Assembly (NCBI GenBank): GCA_016000045.1
Contig: JAECQY010000003.1
Location: 91-64,090, forward strand
Length of the DNA: 64,000 bases
Direction of reading: 5' to 3'
DNA from: Myxococcaceae bacterium
GTDB taxonomy: Bacteria > Myxococcota > UBA727 > JABDBI01
Within the stretch, counting starts at the first letter, position 1. Each line of letters starts with the position of its first letter. A program made the position numbers and the translations under genes. The notes under the pieces are model-generated. The model was given only the letters and a program-made list of their open reading frames with translations, had not been told where the DNA came from and made no database searches. Of this stretch, positions 41,212 through 52,329 are shown piece by piece.

Positions 41212-41598
41212 ATGTCTTTGCTATCGATTAAGAGAAAAAAAGCGATTCCTTTGAATCCGAGCTTTGAAGCGATGCCTCCGCTGGATGCATCACGCTTGGG
41301 AATCACTCCCGCTGCACTTCAAAAGCTTCAAAATTTACTCCTGGCAGAACCGGAAGCTTCTTACTTTCGCGTTGGGTTGCAGGGTGGGGGATGTTCAGGA
41401 CTCAAGCCTTTGTTTGCGATTGAGAAGTTTGTTCGAGAAAGCGATCATGTGATCCAAGAGGATTCGGTCACAGTCTGCATCGACCCGCGCTCTATGGCGC
41501 TCTTGGGAGGTTCTTGGCTAGACTTTGACCAAGGCTTCAAAATTCAAAGTCCTGCTTTTAAAAGATCTTGCTCTTGCGGTGAGTCTTTTTCAGTGTAA
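41212..41598 (+). CDS. HesB/IscA-family Fe-S carrier
   Basis: GGGCSG, CSCGESF. Confidence 0.88.
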   Translation: MSLLSIKRKKAIPLNPSFEAMPPLDASRLGITPAALQKLQNLLLAEPEASYFRVGLQGGGCSGLKPLFAIEKFVRESDHVIQEDSVTVCIDPRSMALLGGSWLDFDQGFKIQSPAFKRSCSCGESFSV

Positions 41599-41612
41599 GG
41601 TGGTTGGATGAT

Positions 41613-41689
41613 TGGTTGCGGGGGGAGGATTTGAACCTCCGGCCTCCGGGTTATGAGCCCGACGAGCTACCGAGCTGCTCTACCCCGCG
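41613..41689 (-). tRNA. tRNA-Met(CAT), initiator type
   Basis: CGCGGGG start with C1:A72 mismatch, GGG/CCC anticodon stem, CAT anticodon, GTTCAAATC, CCA end. Confidence 0.95.
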
Positions 41690-42168
41690 TTCGAAGTTGT
41701 TTCTAACAGGTTGTGCTGAAGTGTCAAGACCCAATCGCTCGAAAATGATTTCGAAAACGAAAAGACAAGTTCTCGATGGAACTGCGACCCTTCTTTGAAC
41801 TCAATCTGAATACATTTTTCAGGAAGGGGATTCTGCAGATGATCCGGCCATTCGATGCACACAATCGCTTCAGCATCATCCAAAAGATTTTCAATCCCTA
41901 AATCCAGCAAGTCTAAGTTTTGAACGCGGTACAAATCCACATGGTGAACTCGTGGGTCCGTCGGGTAGGTATGCGCAAGCGCGTAGGTTGGGCTTCGCAC
42001 AAGACACTTCGAATCAAATTGCCGAACGAGTCCACGCACCAAAGCGGTTTTACCGGCTCCTAGAGTTCCCTGAAGAGCCAAAGTGATCGGCGGTACCACG
42101 TGCTTTGCCAAGATTTCTCCTATCGCTTCCGTTTGTTCAGGAGATTCGCTGATCCATGAAAACTTCAT
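41680..42168 (-). CDS. tsaE: tRNA t6A biosynthesis ATPase
   Basis: LQGTLGAGKT, SPTY, HVDLYR, IEWP. Confidence 0.92.
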   Translation of the reverse strand: MKFSWISESPEQTEAIGEILAKHVVPPITLALQGTLGAGKTALVRGLVRQFDSKCLVRSPTYALAHTYPTDPRVHHVDLYRVQNLDLLDLGIENLLDDAEAIVCIEWPDHLQNPLPEKCIQIEFKEGSQFHRELVFSFSKSFSSDWVLTLQHNLLETTSNAG

Positions 42169-42170
42169 GT

Positions 42171-42968
42171 TCAAGGTCTCCTGGGAAATTGCGAAAAATC
42201 CGGCTTGCGTTTCTCCAAGTAAGCCCGGTGACCTTCTTGCCCTTCTTCAGACATATAAAAGAGCATGGTAGCGCAACCTGCCAATTCTTGAAGGCCTGCT
42301 TGACCATCGCAATCTGCGTTCAAAGCCGCCTTGAGGCAGCGAATGGCCAAGGGGGAGTTGGCTAATATTTCCTGACACCAGCGATCGACCTCTTGATCGA
42401 GTTCAGCCAATGGAACGACTCGGTTGACAAGTCCCATCTGAAGGGCTTCTTCAGCGCTGTATTGCCTACATAAAAACCAAATTTCTCGCGCTTTTTTCTG
42501 CCCAACAATGCGCGCCATGTAGCTTGCGCCGTAACCTGCGTCAAACGAACCGACTTTGGGTCCGGTTTGGCCAAAAATGGCATTGTCCGCTGCAATCGTC
42601 AGATCGCACATCATGTGAAGCACGTGACCACCGCCGATGGCGTAACCTGCAACGCGGGCGATCACCGGTTTCGGACAAGTTCGAATCGCCCTTTGAAAGT
42701 CTAATATGTTCAACCGATGAACTCCCTCTTCATCTTCATAGCCCGCTTCTTTACGAACCCGTTGATCTCCCCCAGAGCAAAAGGCGAGGTCACCTGATCC
42801 GGTCAAAACAATGACTCCAATCGAAGCGTCTTCTCGAGCATTCTCTAGGGCTTCAGACATTTCCACGACCGTTCGAGGTCGAAATGCATTTCGAACCTCG
42901 GGCCGATTAATGGTAATACGAGCAACGCCGTTTGTTTTTTCATAAAGAATATCGGTGTAGATCTTCAT
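42171..42968 (-). CDS. menB: 1,4-dihydroxy-2-naphthoyl-CoA synthase
   Basis: [41 protein letters not shown]. Confidence 0.96.
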   Translation of the reverse strand: MKIYTDILYEKTNGVARITINRPEVRNAFRPRTVVEMSEALENAREDASIGVIVLTGSGDLAFCSGGDQRVRKEAGYEDEEGVHRLNILDFQRAIRTCPKPVIARVAGYAIGGGHVLHMMCDLTIAADNAIFGQTGPKVGSFDAGYGASYMARIVGQKKAREIWFLCRQYSAEEALQMGLVNRVVPLAELDQEVDRWCQEILANSPLAIRCLKAALNADCDGQAGLQELAGCATMLFYMSEEGQEGHRAYLEKRKPDFSQFPRRP

Positions 42969-43148
42969 CCCAAGCTCATAGCCTGGTCGTTTTTCCCAAG
43001 CAACTGGCTGCCATGCGATGAGCCCGAAACCAGTCAAATAGAATAATGGCTTTTCAAAGCGAAGCGCTCAGCCCAAATTTCAGCAAAGCTTTGTTCAATC
43101 CGGGCCAGCCCGTTGACAGGACTATCGAAGCTCATTAAAAACGGGAGC

Positions 43149-43598
43149 ATGGAAGTAAACTCGACGCTTCTGGTCCAGCTTTTTCTATTTTTAAGTCTTC
43201 TGGCCTGGTTGTCGAAATTTTTGTTTGCGCCGATGCAAAAGCTTTTTGACGAACGCGAACGGCGCATCGAAGGGGCTCGAATAGAAGCTTTAAGACTTCA
43301 GAAGGAAGCTCAGCAACGCTTGGAAGAAGTAGAACTTCGAATTCATCAAGCTCAAAAAGAAGCGCGTTTGGCCCTAATCGCTCTTCAAGCCGAAGGTGCT
43401 CGATTTCATCGAGAAATTTTAGACACCGCTCGCAAACAAAACGCCCAGGAGCTCAAAGCAGCTCAAGAAGCCCTGCATGAGCAAATCGAGACGGTCCGTG
43501 CCGAACTCCTCGCGATGCAGCCTGAGATATCTCAACGCGTATCGGAACGACTCGTTGATTTCGATAGCAATCCAACCTGGGAACCAACTCATGCTTAA
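43149..43598 (+). CDS. ATP synthase F0 b' subunit
   Basis: TLLVQLFLFL..LF.P....DERERRI; coiled coil. Confidence 0.85.
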   Translation: MEVNSTLLVQLFLFLSLLAWLSKFLFAPMQKLFDERERRIEGARIEALRLQKEAQQRLEEVELRIHQAQKEARLALIALQAEGARFHREILDTARKQNAQELKAAQEALHEQIETVRAELLAMQPEISQRVSERLVDFDSNPTWEPTHA

Positions 43599-44103
43599 TT
43601 GGTGGGGAATCGGTCCAAGCTACAGAGAAAGCCCTGCGATTGGCTGGGTTTTGCTAACTTTTGCCATTTTTCTCTTCCTTCTTTATCGCTTTGCACGAAC
43701 CCCTTTGAGAACCTATTTGGAAGACCGCTCCAATCGCATTCGAACTGCCATTCAAGAAGCTCAAATTGCTCGGGAAGATGCGGCTCGAAAACTCAGCCAA
43801 TACGAATCTCGTTTAGCGGAGCTTGATGCTGAGATTGCATCCATGAAATTGGATTTCCAGAATCAAGGAAAGCAGGAACAAGCTCGTTTGCAGGAAGAAG
43901 CAGAAAAAATCGCCGAACTGATTCGAACTGAATCTCAGGAAACTCTCAAGGCAGAAATTCTTCGAACGGTTGCAAAACTTAAACGAGATCTAGCAGAAAA
44001 AGTCCTTGGATCGGCGCTGGAGCATCTTAAACTGGATCCAGAGCATGAGCCAAAGCGGCTCGCTCATTTTATTCGAGAAAGCCGTATGGAACTTAAAAAA
44101 TGA
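43591..44103 (+). CDS. atpF: ATP synthase F0 b subunit
   Basis: TM helix plus P...YL..R...I coiled coil; precedes atpH. Confidence 0.85.
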   Translation: MLNWWGIGPSYRESPAIGWVLLTFAIFLFLLYRFARTPLRTYLEDRSNRIRTAIQEAQIAREDAARKLSQYESRLAELDAEIASMKLDFQNQGKQEQARLQEEAEKIAELIRTESQETLKAEILRTVAKLKRDLAEKVLGSALEHLKLDPEHEPKRLAHFIRESRMELKK

Positions 44104-44621
44104 GCGCTCTCATCGCGAAGCGATATGCTAAGGCCTTATTATCCGCAGTCCAGGGTGCTGAAGAGCAAGGACAGATTGAATCTCAACTCAAATTTTTAGC
44201 AGATGCTTGCAAAATCCCTGCCGTTCAGCAATTTTTTGAAAACCCTCGTTTTCAAAAAGATGAACGCTTTCGATTGATTAAAAATCTCGATCTCCAACCT
44301 GCGCTCTTGCACTGCTTGAAACTATTGATAGATCGAAATCGTATCTCGTTGCTATCGGAACTTGATGCTTCGTTTCGTTCGGAGCTGGATCGCCACTTAG
44401 GCCGTGTCCGAGCTCGTGTTACCAGCGCCAAACCGCTCGATGCTGAGCAAAGCGCACAAATAGCCCAAGCACTCAGCGATCGAATAGGCCTGCCGGTACT
44501 GACAGAGAATACAGTTGACCCTGCCGTTTTGGCTGGAATTCGTGCAAAGATCGGCGGCTTGGTATTTGACAACACCCTTCAAACACAGTTTTCGCAGTTA
44601 AGAAAGGATTTATGCAGCTAA
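44100..44621 (+). CDS. atpH: ATP synthase delta subunit
   Basis: [23 protein letters not shown]. Confidence 0.93.
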   Translation: MSALIAKRYAKALLSAVQGAEEQGQIESQLKFLADACKIPAVQQFFENPRFQKDERFRLIKNLDLQPALLHCLKLLIDRNRISLLSELDASFRSELDRHLGRVRARVTSAKPLDAEQSAQIAQALSDRIGLPVLTENTVDPAVLAGIRAKIGGLVFDNTLQTQFSQLRKDLCS

Positions 44622-46183
44622 GAGCAGAAGAAATATCGCGCATTCTAAAAGACCAAATCGAGAATTTCGATACCCGAACCCAAGTTGCAGAAACCGGATC
44701 GGTATTAAGAGTCGGCGACGGCGTTGCCCGTGTCTACGGTCTTGAGCACGCTCAAGCAGGTGAATTGGTCGAGTTCTCCAATGGCACCAAGGGCCTTCTT
44801 CTGAATTTAGAAGAAGATTGCGTGGGCATCGCAATCATGGGAAGCGATACCGATATCCGAGAAGGAGACCTTGTCAAAAGAACCGGCCGAATCGCTGACG
44901 TTGCAGCAGGCGATGCCGTTTTAGGTCGTGTGTTGAACGGGTTAGGGGAGCCCATTGACGATCGAGGCCCCATTGCTGCGACGGAAAGACGCCTGATTGA
45001 AACCAAAGCGCCCGGTATTATTGCCCGAGAACCCGTGACGGAACCGATGCAAACTGGGATCAAAGCCATCGACGCCATGATTCCCATTGGCCGCGGGCAG
45101 CGCGAACTGATTATCGGGGATCGCCAAACTGGCAAGACCGCGATTGCGATAGACACCATCTTAAATCAGAAAAATACAGGCGTGAAATGCATTTACGTAG
45201 CGATCGGCCAAAAACAATCCACCGTCGCTCAAGTGGTGGATAAACTCCGAAAGCACGGTGCCATGGAATACACGGTGGTGGTTTCAGCGACGGCTTCCGA
45301 TCCGGCTTCCTTGCAATTTTTGGCCCCCTACACAGGTACCGCGATTGGAGAGTATTGGCGGGACAATGGCGAACACGCTTTAATTGTCTATGACGACTTG
45401 TCCAAACAAGCGGTTGCCTACCGCCAACTCTCTTTGCTTTTGAGAAGACCTCCCGGTCGCGAAGCGTTTCCGGGCGATGTTTTTTACATTCACAGCCGTT
45501 TGCTCGAACGGGCGGCTAAGATTAGCAGCCAGGAAAAAGAGCTGGCGGCTTACCCCTATATTAAGAAAGGCGGAGGCAGTCTCACGGCCTTGCCCATTAT
45601 TGAGACGCAAGCAGGGGATGTTTCTGCCTATATTCCAACAAACGTTATTTCGATTACAGACGGCCAGATTTACTTAGAAAGCGACTTGTTTCATTCAGGC
45701 CAGCGTCCCGCTGTAAACGTGGGTCTTTCGGTTTCTCGAGTGGGTGGTGCGGCTCAAATTGCTTCCATGAAGCAGTTTGCAGGAACGATGCGCCTTGACC
45801 TGGCTCAGTATCGGGAATTAGCTGCTTTTGCACAGTTTGGTTCGGACTTAGACAAAGCGACTTTGGAGCAAATTGCGCGTGGAAAACGCTTGTTTGAACT
45901 TTTGAAACAGAAGCAATACAGCCCTTATCCGGTTGAAGAGCAGGTCGTTCAGATTTACGCGGCGACTCAGGCCAAGCATGCAGAATCCAATGCAACCTTC
46001 GTGAGACACATCGAGCCAAGCGAGATTGCCCACTACGCAGAAGAGCTCACGGTCTATATGCGCGCTCAGCACGCCGATATCTTGCAAAGCATCCGAGAGA
46101 ATCCCAGAAAAAAAGTGGATGGAGAATTGCGAGAAAGGCTTCATCAAGCTTTGCTCGCATTTGAAAGCGTGTTCGGAGCATAA
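44612..46183 (+). CDS. atpA: ATP synthase alpha subunit
   Basis: [23 protein letters not shown]. Confidence 0.98.
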   Translation: MQLRAEEISRILKDQIENFDTRTQVAETGSVLRVGDGVARVYGLEHAQAGELVEFSNGTKGLLLNLEEDCVGIAIMGSDTDIREGDLVKRTGRIADVAAGDAVLGRVLNGLGEPIDDRGPIAATERRLIETKAPGIIAREPVTEPMQTGIKAIDAMIPIGRGQRELIIGDRQTGKTAIAIDTILNQKNTGVKCIYVAIGQKQSTVAQVVDKLRKHGAMEYTVVVSATASDPASLQFLAPYTGTAIGEYWRDNGEHALIVYDDLSKQAVAYRQLSLLLRRPPGREAFPGDVFYIHSRLLERAAKISSQEKELAAYPYIKKGGGSLTALPIIETQAGDVSAYIPTNVISITDGQIYLESDLFHSGQRPAVNVGLSVSRVGGAAQIASMKQFAGTMRLDLAQYRELAAFAQFGSDLDKATLEQIARGKRLFELLKQKQYSPYPVEEQVVQIYAATQAKHAESNATFVRHIEPSEIAHYAEELTVYMRAQHADILQSIRENPRKKVDGELRERLHQALLAFESVFGA

Positions 46184-46186
46184 GCA

Positions 46187-47056
46187 ATGGCATCGTTGAG
46201 AGATATCCGAAAGCGTATCAAAAGCGTTAAGAGTTCGGAAAAAATCACCAAAGCGATGAAGATGGTGGCTGCGGCTAAACTTCGTCGCGCTCAAGATGAA
46301 GTCCGTAAATCAAAGACTTATGCGCGCCGCATGGACGAAGTGGTGGGTCGTATTGCGAAGCGGCTCGAACTCCAAGGCCAAGCAGCCCATCCGCTCTTGG
46401 AAATTCACGAGTCGCTCAAGCGCGTGGAAATTTTGGTCCTCACTTCGGAGCGAGGCCTTTGCGGCGCATTTAATTCCAATATCATCCGGCGTTCTCAGCG
46501 ATTTCTCGCGGAAAAGGCCCATGAACACGATGAGATTCGTGTTTCAACGCTCGGTCAAAAAGGCTTTGAGGCGCTAAAACGAGAGGGAGTAAAAATCCGC
46601 AAAAATTACACGGATATTTTGAACCGCCCCAGTTACCTCAAAGCTTCTGAAATTGCCGAAGAGTTAGCCAGTTCTTACTTAAAAGACCACGTAGATTCAG
46701 TTTATATTATCTACAACGAGTTTAAGAGTGCTATCTCTCAGCAAGTTATTTTGAAGCAAATATTGCCGATTGTCTCAGCCAAATCGGTTGAAGATCCGGT
46801 CGATTACCTTTACGAGCCATCCCAAACAGAACTCTTAGAGCATCTGCTTCCCAAACATTTAACGACTCAGCTTTATCAGGCTTGCTTAGAGTCGGTTGCT
46901 TCTGAACATGGGGCTCGTATGACCGCGATGGAGAATGCAACACGGAATGCCAAAGACGTTATTTCTACCTTGACGCTTCAATACAATCGAGCGCGCCAAA
47001 CTTCCATTACTAAAGAGCTGATGGAGATCATCGGGGGAGCTGAAGCCTTAACATGA
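46187..47056 (+). CDS. atpG: ATP synthase gamma subunit
   Basis: KITKAMKMVAAAK, RGLCGAFN, SEHGARMTAM, RARQTSIT. Confidence 0.97.
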   Translation: MASLRDIRKRIKSVKSSEKITKAMKMVAAAKLRRAQDEVRKSKTYARRMDEVVGRIAKRLELQGQAAHPLLEIHESLKRVEILVLTSERGLCGAFNSNIIRRSQRFLAEKAHEHDEIRVSTLGQKGFEALKREGVKIRKNYTDILNRPSYLKASEIAEELASSYLKDHVDSVYIIYNEFKSAISQQVILKQILPIVSAKSVEDPVDYLYEPSQTELLEHLLPKHLTTQLYQACLESVASEHGARMTAMENATRNAKDVISTLTLQYNRARQTSITKELMEIIGGAEALT

Positions 47057-47466
47057 GCGTGAGGCTTGAAAAATACGTCCGGTTTGCCGATGTTGATGCC
47101 GCGGGCTGGCTCTATTACCCTCGTTTTATCGAGTATTGCCAAGAGAGTTTTGAAGACTGGGTGAATGCATCCGCTCCGCTCAACTACCGGCAAATAATTG
47201 ACGAACAGCGATGGGGATTTCCGGCCGTTCAGGTGCAAGGGAAATACCGTTCGCCTTTGAAACATGCGGACCGAATTTGGGTGGATATTCAAATCTTGCA
47301 TTTGGGAACCAGTTCTATGCGAACCGGCTTTCAGTTTATTCGCCAAGATAATGATGCATTGAGCTTTGAAGCTGAAATCACGAGCGTCTGTACAAACCTC
47401 GATCAGGCCAAATCGATGCCTATCCCAGAAGTTATTCGTGAATTTTTAGAATCGATTCGACTTTAG
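47053..47466 (+). CDS. Acyl-CoA thioesterase (4HBT/YbgC-like hotdog fold)
   Basis: VRFADVDAAG..YYPRF, LGTSS. Confidence 0.85.
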   Translation: MSVRLEKYVRFADVDAAGWLYYPRFIEYCQESFEDWVNASAPLNYRQIIDEQRWGFPAVQVQGKYRSPLKHADRIWVDIQILHLGTSSMRTGFQFIRQDNDALSFEAEITSVCTNLDQAKSMPIPEVIREFLESIRL

Positions 47467-47489
47467 AGTACGAAAAATAGGATGCCAGA

Positions 47490-47708
47490 ATGGACGATTT
47501 TTACCGGCAATATATACGAACTGGAGCCATAGGGCTCGAAGTCGGGCTTTCGATCATCGTTGGTGCCGGACTCGGTGATTGGATTGATGGCCACTATGGC
47601 GTGGCGCCGGCAGGGATCTTCATCGGAACCGCCTTCGGAGTCGCTGCTGCTGGGAAAGCTTTATGGAGACTTTCTAAGGACTATTTGAGGCAAAATTCAG
47701 ATGATTAA
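47490..47708 (+). CDS. AtpZ/AtpI-family membrane protein
   Basis: IGLE..I..G..LG.WID..YG..P, two TM helices. Confidence 0.75.
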   Translation: MDDFYRQYIRTGAIGLEVGLSIIVGAGLGDWIDGHYGVAPAGIFIGTAFGVAAAGKALWRLSKDYLRQNSDD

Positions 47709-47753
47709 GGCGCTTTCACCTGGCGGTTCTGGCTCTCAAGTCTTCGAAGCTAA

Positions 47754-47933
47754 CTGGACATAACGGCGAAGGAACAATTTGACCTGGGATTTTCTGAAGG
47801 CGAAGCGATTGGTAAAATTAAAGCGGTTGAAGAAACCGCTCGAAAACTTTTAAGCCTTGGCATCGATCAGGAGTCGGTTTTGAAAGCGACGGGCCTTTCT
47901 CTCGAAGTGTTGATCGGGCTGAATCAAAAATAA
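47754..47933 (+). pseudogene. Orphan C-terminal fragment of an Rpn/PD-(D/E)XK transposase-like protein
   Basis: Translates to ..GFSEGEAIGKIKAVEETARKLLSLGIDQESVLKATGLSLEVL; no ATG start. Confidence 0.6.
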
Positions 47934-47965
47934 AAATTTCCAAACTTGGCCTCTAGAGTACCCGC

Positions 47966-48000
47966 TTGACGAACAAAATAGGACCAATATGGTCCTATTT
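47966..48000 (+). promoter_or_regulatory. suf promoter overlapped by a perfect 11-3-11 palindrome (probable Rrf2 operator)
   Basis: TTGACG-N16-TATGGT; aaataggacca-ata-tggtcctattt at 47976-48000. Confidence 0.8.
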
Positions 48001-48003
48001 CCA

Positions 48004-48402
48004 ATGATCCGTGTCCACAAACTGACAGACTATGCCATTATTTTGATGGTCTACTTAGCTCAAAAAAGCAAAGGGTCTATTTCAACCACGCGCGAGTTGG
48101 CGGAAGAATCAGGAGTCCCGAGTACCACCGTAAGCAAACTCCTGAAACAGCTCCACAAAGGAGGCTGGTTGGAGTCAAGCCGGGGCGTGCAGGGCGGTTA
48201 CGCGCTTGCTCACGATCCCGCCACCATTTCTTTGCTTGCTATCATCGAAGCCTTGGAAGGACCGATTAAACTCACGGATTGCCAAAATAGCTGCCAACTT
48301 GAGAATGCTTGTCCGACTCAACGACCTTGGCAAACCATCAACCAAATCCTCAAGAATACGTTATCAACCATTTCGTTGGCTGATCTCAAGAGCTGCTCAT
48401 GA
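48004..48402 (+). CDS. Rrf2-family SUF system regulator
   Basis: [22 protein letters not shown], three Cys. Confidence 0.9.
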   Translation: MIRVHKLTDYAIILMVYLAQKSKGSISTTRELAEESGVPSTTVSKLLKQLHKGGWLESSRGVQGGYALAHDPATISLLAIIEALEGPIKLTDCQNSCQLENACPTQRPWQTINQILKNTLSTISLADLKSCS

Positions 48403-49826
48403 TCCAAGAATTGACCGAAAAAAGTTACGCTTACGGCTTTGTAACGGACATTGAATCCGACACCCTTCCTCCTGGCCTCAACGAAGACGTGATTCGCTTT
48501 ATTTCGAAAACAAAGGAAGAACCCGAGTGGTTACTGCACTGGCGCCTCAAAGCCTTTGAACATTGGAAAACCCTTCGTGAACCGCATTGGGCTCACCTCA
48601 ACTATCCTCCAATCGACTATCAAGCAATCTGCTACTACTCCGCTCCAAAACCCAAAAAGCAGCTGAAGAGCCTGGATGAGCTGGATCCTGAGATTTTAAA
48701 AACCTATCAAAAACTGGGCATCCCACTTCGTGAGCAAGAAAAATTCGCCAATGTAGCGGTGGATGCCGTATTTGACAGCGTGTCCGTAGCAACGACTTTC
48801 AAAGAACGCTTATCGAAAGTAGGAGTCGTTTTTTGTTCATTCTCCGAAGCCGTCCGAAATTACCCGGAATTGGTACGCTCTTATCTCGGAACAGTGGTCC
48901 CGATGGCTGACAATTTTTTTTCAGCCCTTAATTCGGCTGTCTTTAGCGATGGCTCGTTTTGCTACATCCCCAAAGGTGTTCGTTGTCCCATGGAGCTGTC
49001 GACTTATTTTCGCATTAACTCCGCAAATACCGGGCAATTTGAAAGAACCTTGATCGTTGCAGAAGAAGGCAGTTACGTATCGTATCTGGAAGGCTGCACC
49101 GCTCCGATGCGCGATGAAAATCAGCTTCACGCTGCGGTGGTTGAACTGATCGCGCTCGATCGTGCCGAGATTAAATACTCCACCGTTCAGAATTGGTACC
49201 CGGGCGATGAAAACGGCAAAGGTGGTATCTACAACTTTGTCACTAAGCGTGGAGCTTGCCGAGGATACAAATCCAAAATTTCTTGGACGCAAGTGGAAAC
49301 CGGATCGGCCATTACCTGGAAATACCCGAGCGTGCTCTTACAAGGCGATGAATCTTCGGGAGAGTTTTATTCCGTTGCAGTGACTAACCACTGCCAGCAA
49401 GCCGATACCGGAACTAAAATGATCCACATCGGTAAAAATACAAGCAGCACCATTATTTCCAAAGGCATCAGCGCGGGGAAAAGTCAAAATTCCTATCGAG
49501 GTTTGGTTCGCGTACAGAAAGGGGCTGAAAATGCTCGAAACTATTCACAATGCGATTCGCTCTTATTTCGAAATGAATGTGGAGCCAATACCTACCCATA
49601 CATCGATGCTCGCCATCCAACTGCGCAGATTGAGCACGAAGCAACCACTTCGAGAGTGAGCGATGATCAAATTTTCTACTGCCAACAACGAGGCATTTCA
49701 ACGGAAGATGCCATCAATTTGATTGTAAACGGATTTTGCAAAAGCGTATTTCGCAAGCTCCCCATGGAGTTTGCTGTGGAAGCGCAAAAATTATTGGGAA
49801 TCTCACTGGAAGGAGCCGTTGGATAA
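48399..49826 (+). CDS. sufB: Fe-S cluster assembly protein SufB
   Basis: [37 protein letters not shown]. Confidence 0.98.
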   Translation: MIQELTEKSYAYGFVTDIESDTLPPGLNEDVIRFISKTKEEPEWLLHWRLKAFEHWKTLREPHWAHLNYPPIDYQAICYYSAPKPKKQLKSLDELDPEILKTYQKLGIPLREQEKFANVAVDAVFDSVSVATTFKERLSKVGVVFCSFSEAVRNYPELVRSYLGTVVPMADNFFSALNSAVFSDGSFCYIPKGVRCPMELSTYFRINSANTGQFERTLIVAEEGSYVSYLEGCTAPMRDENQLHAAVVELIALDRAEIKYSTVQNWYPGDENGKGGIYNFVTKRGACRGYKSKISWTQVETGSAITWKYPSVLLQGDESSGEFYSVAVTNHCQQADTGTKMIHIGKNTSSTIISKGISAGKSQNSYRGLVRVQKGAENARNYSQCDSLLFRNECGANTYPYIDARHPTAQIEHEATTSRVSDDQIFYCQQRGISTEDAINLIVNGFCKSVFRKLPMEFAVEAQKLLGISLEGAVG

Positions 49827-49827
49827 T

Positions 49828-50565
49828 ATGCTAAAGATTCAAGGACTGAATGTTCGAACAGGCGATAAGCCTATTTTAAAAGGCCTCTCACTTGAGATCA
49901 AGTCGGGCGAAGTGCATGCGATCATGGGCCCCAATGGTTCCGGGAAAAGCACTCTTTCTCAGGTTTTGGCGGGCCATTCAGCTTATACCATCGAATCCGG
50001 CTCTGTTTCGTTTAAAAATCAAGATCTGTTCCTCTTATCGCCTGAGCAAAGAGCCTTGGAAGGTCTTTTTTTAGCCTTTCAGTACCCGATCGAAATTCCT
50101 GGGGTCAACAACACTTATTTCTTAAAAGCGGCCATGAATGCCAAACGTCGTCACTTAGGCTTGCCTGAGATGGATGCTGTGGATTTCTTAAAGAAAATTC
50201 AAGAAAAAATGGCACTTTTAAAAATGGACAAAGCTTTTTTAGAACGCAACGTCAACGAAGGATTTTCAGGGGGCGAAAAGAAGCGCAATGAAGCCTTGCA
50301 AATTGCTTTACTCGAACCTGATTTAGCGATTTTAGATGAAACGGATTCAGGTCTTGATATCGATGCACTTCGGATCGTCGCCGCAAATATTAACGCGCTT
50401 CGCCATGCCAACCGCAGCTTTTTATTGGTGACACACTATCAAAGATTGCTGGACTATATTGTGCCTGACTATGTCCATGTACTGCGCGATGGTGCCATCG
50501 TTCAAACTGGCCCGAAAGAGCTGGCGCTTTCTCTGGAGCAAACAGGCTATGATTCAACGCATTGA
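49828..50565 (+). CDS. sufC: Fe-S cluster assembly ATPase SufC
   Basis: GPNGSGKST, GFSGGEKKRNE, LDETDSGLDID. Confidence 0.97.
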   Translation: MLKIQGLNVRTGDKPILKGLSLEIKSGEVHAIMGPNGSGKSTLSQVLAGHSAYTIESGSVSFKNQDLFLLSPEQRALEGLFLAFQYPIEIPGVNNTYFLKAAMNAKRRHLGLPEMDAVDFLKKIQEKMALLKMDKAFLERNVNEGFSGGEKKRNEALQIALLEPDLAILDETDSGLDIDALRIVAANINALRHANRSFLLVTHYQRLLDYIVPDYVHVLRDGAIVQTGPKELALSLEQTGYDSTH

Positions 50566-51163
50566 GAAAGATCAGACTGAGCAGAGAGTCGTCTTGCTAG
50601 AGAACCATGCAGAACAAGTATTTGAGCTCGAAGCCCATTCTCACCTGAACTACACCTGCCTGTCGCTCGCTCAGAAAGATTTAAGGCATTCGATCCGAGT
50701 CCTCTTTCTCGGAGAGCACGCTTCGTGCACAATTAAAATTCTTGATTTTGCTAAATATAACAGCAAGTTAGAGTCTACTATTCATGTAATACATCAAGTC
50801 TCTAATTGCAGCAGCTCGGTTTTGCATAAGGGCCTCTATCGAGATGCTTCGCAAGGTTCTTTTCATGCGCAAGTGAACGTTGGTGCAAAAACAATGGGAT
50901 CGGAGGCGGTCCAAATGCATCGAAGCCTTTTGCTATCGCCCGATGCACGGTGCCAAGCAGATCCCCATTTGGTCATTCAGACGGATTCGGTGAAATGCAA
51001 GCATGGGGTCACAGTTGGGCAGCTTGATGACAAGGCTCTTTTTTACCTACAAGCTCGAGGATTGAGCATCTTGGAAGCTCAACGCCTGCTCATACAAGCG
51101 TTTTCAAATGAAATCATTGGCCAGTTCCCTGAATTTCAAAAGCGAGTCGAAGCATGGATATAG
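50549..51163 (+). CDS. sufD: SufD, shortened (C-terminal half only)
   Basis: LLLS..A....P.L.I..D.VKC.HG.TVGQLD..ALFYL.ARG; ~204 aa. Confidence 0.88.
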   Translation: MIQRIEKDQTEQRVVLLENHAEQVFELEAHSHLNYTCLSLAQKDLRHSIRVLFLGEHASCTIKILDFAKYNSKLESTIHVIHQVSNCSSSVLHKGLYRDASQGSFHAQVNVGAKTMGSEAVQMHRSLLLSPDARCQADPHLVIQTDSVKCKHGVTVGQLDDKALFYLQARGLSILEAQRLLIQAFSNEIIGQFPEFQKRVEAWI

Positions 51164-52329
51164 CCCAGCAATTTCCCCTTTTAAACCGGCTAGTACATGG
51201 CCGTCGTCTGGTTTACTTAGATACAGCGGCAACGGCTTTAAAACCTCTGTGCGTTATCGAGGCAGAACGTGCCTATGAACAGGAGTTTTGCGCGAACGTG
51301 CACCGTGGCGTTCACGCTCTGAGTGAACAAGCCACACGCGAATTTGAATCGGCTCGTTCGGAGGTTCAGCATTTCATCCAAGCTCCCTCGACCCAAGAAA
51401 TTATTTTCACTTCTGGAACTACCGAGTCGATTAATTTACTCGCTCATTCTTATTCAAAAGCCTTTTTGAAGCCTGGTGATGAGATATGGATTTCTAGCCT
51501 GGAGCATCACTCGAACTTGGTTCCTTGGCAAATGGCAGCAAAATACTACCATTGCCACTTGAAAGTCATTCCGCTGGATCACGTGGGTGAAATTCCTTTC
51601 GGTCCCACAGCCCGTTTGCTTGCCGTCACCTACGCTTCCAACGCGCTGGGAGTTCTGAATCCTCTTTCGAGCTGGATCGCACAAGCGAAAGCGCATGGAA
51701 TGCAGGTACTGATCGATGCCGCTCAAGCGGCGGTACATGTTCCCATCGATGTTCAGGCTCTAGGATGCGATTTTTTGGTTTTTTCAGGTCATAAAGTTTA
51801 TGGCCCAACAGGAACGGGGATTCTTTGGGGAAGGGAACACTTACTGGAGCAAATGCCTCCGTATCAAATGGGCGGGGACATGATCGAGTCGGTTCGCTTC
51901 GAAGATACGCGTTTTGCGAAACTGCCCGCTAAATTTGAGGCTGGAACACCGAATATTGCGGGCGTGATCGGCCTCGGGGAAGCTTTGAGATGGCTCAAGG
52001 TTCAAAATCATGAAGCTCTCACTGCGCTCACCCAATACGCTCGAGAGCAGCTTCTTTCCGTGCCAGGCCTCCGGCTTTTCGGGGATCAACCTCATAAAAT
52101 GCCTCTTTGGTCTTTTTTGCTCAGCGACGTTCACCCCCATGATATTAGTTCAATTGTCGATCGTGAAGGAGTTGCCATTCGAGCAGGGCACTTATGCGCA
52201 CAACCCTTGATGCAATTGCTCGGTGTTTCCGCTTTGGTCCGAGCTTCTTTCGGTCTGTACAATACGCGAGAAGATGTGGACGCTTTGGTTTACGCTTTGC
52301 ATCAAGTAAGACGGGTCTTTCGATGTTAG
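51154..52329 (+). CDS. sufS: Cysteine desulfurase SufS
   Basis: YLDTAAT, NVHRG, FSGHK, RAGHLCAQP. Confidence 0.95.
   Translation: MDIAQQFPLLNRLVHGRRLVYLDTAATALKPLCVIEAERAYEQEFCANVHRGVHALSEQATREFESARSEVQHFIQAPSTQEIIFTSGTTESINLLAHSYSKAFLKPGDEIWISSLEHHSNLVPWQMAAKYYHCHLKVIPLDHVGEIPFGPTARLLAVTYASNALGVLNPLSSWIAQAKAHGMQVLIDAAQAAVHVPIDVQALGCDFLVFSGHKVYGPTGTGILWGREHLLEQMPPYQMGGDMIESVRFEDTRFAKLPAKFEAGTPNIAGVIGLGEALRWLKVQNHEALTALTQYAREQLLSVPGLRLFGDQPHKMPLWSFLLSDVHPHDISSIVDREGVAIRAGHLCAQPLMQLLGVSALVRASFGLYNTREDVDALVYALHQVRRVFRC

Noticed and set aside
41604..41798. 64-aa ORF
   Set aside because: Antisense reading of tRNA-Met.
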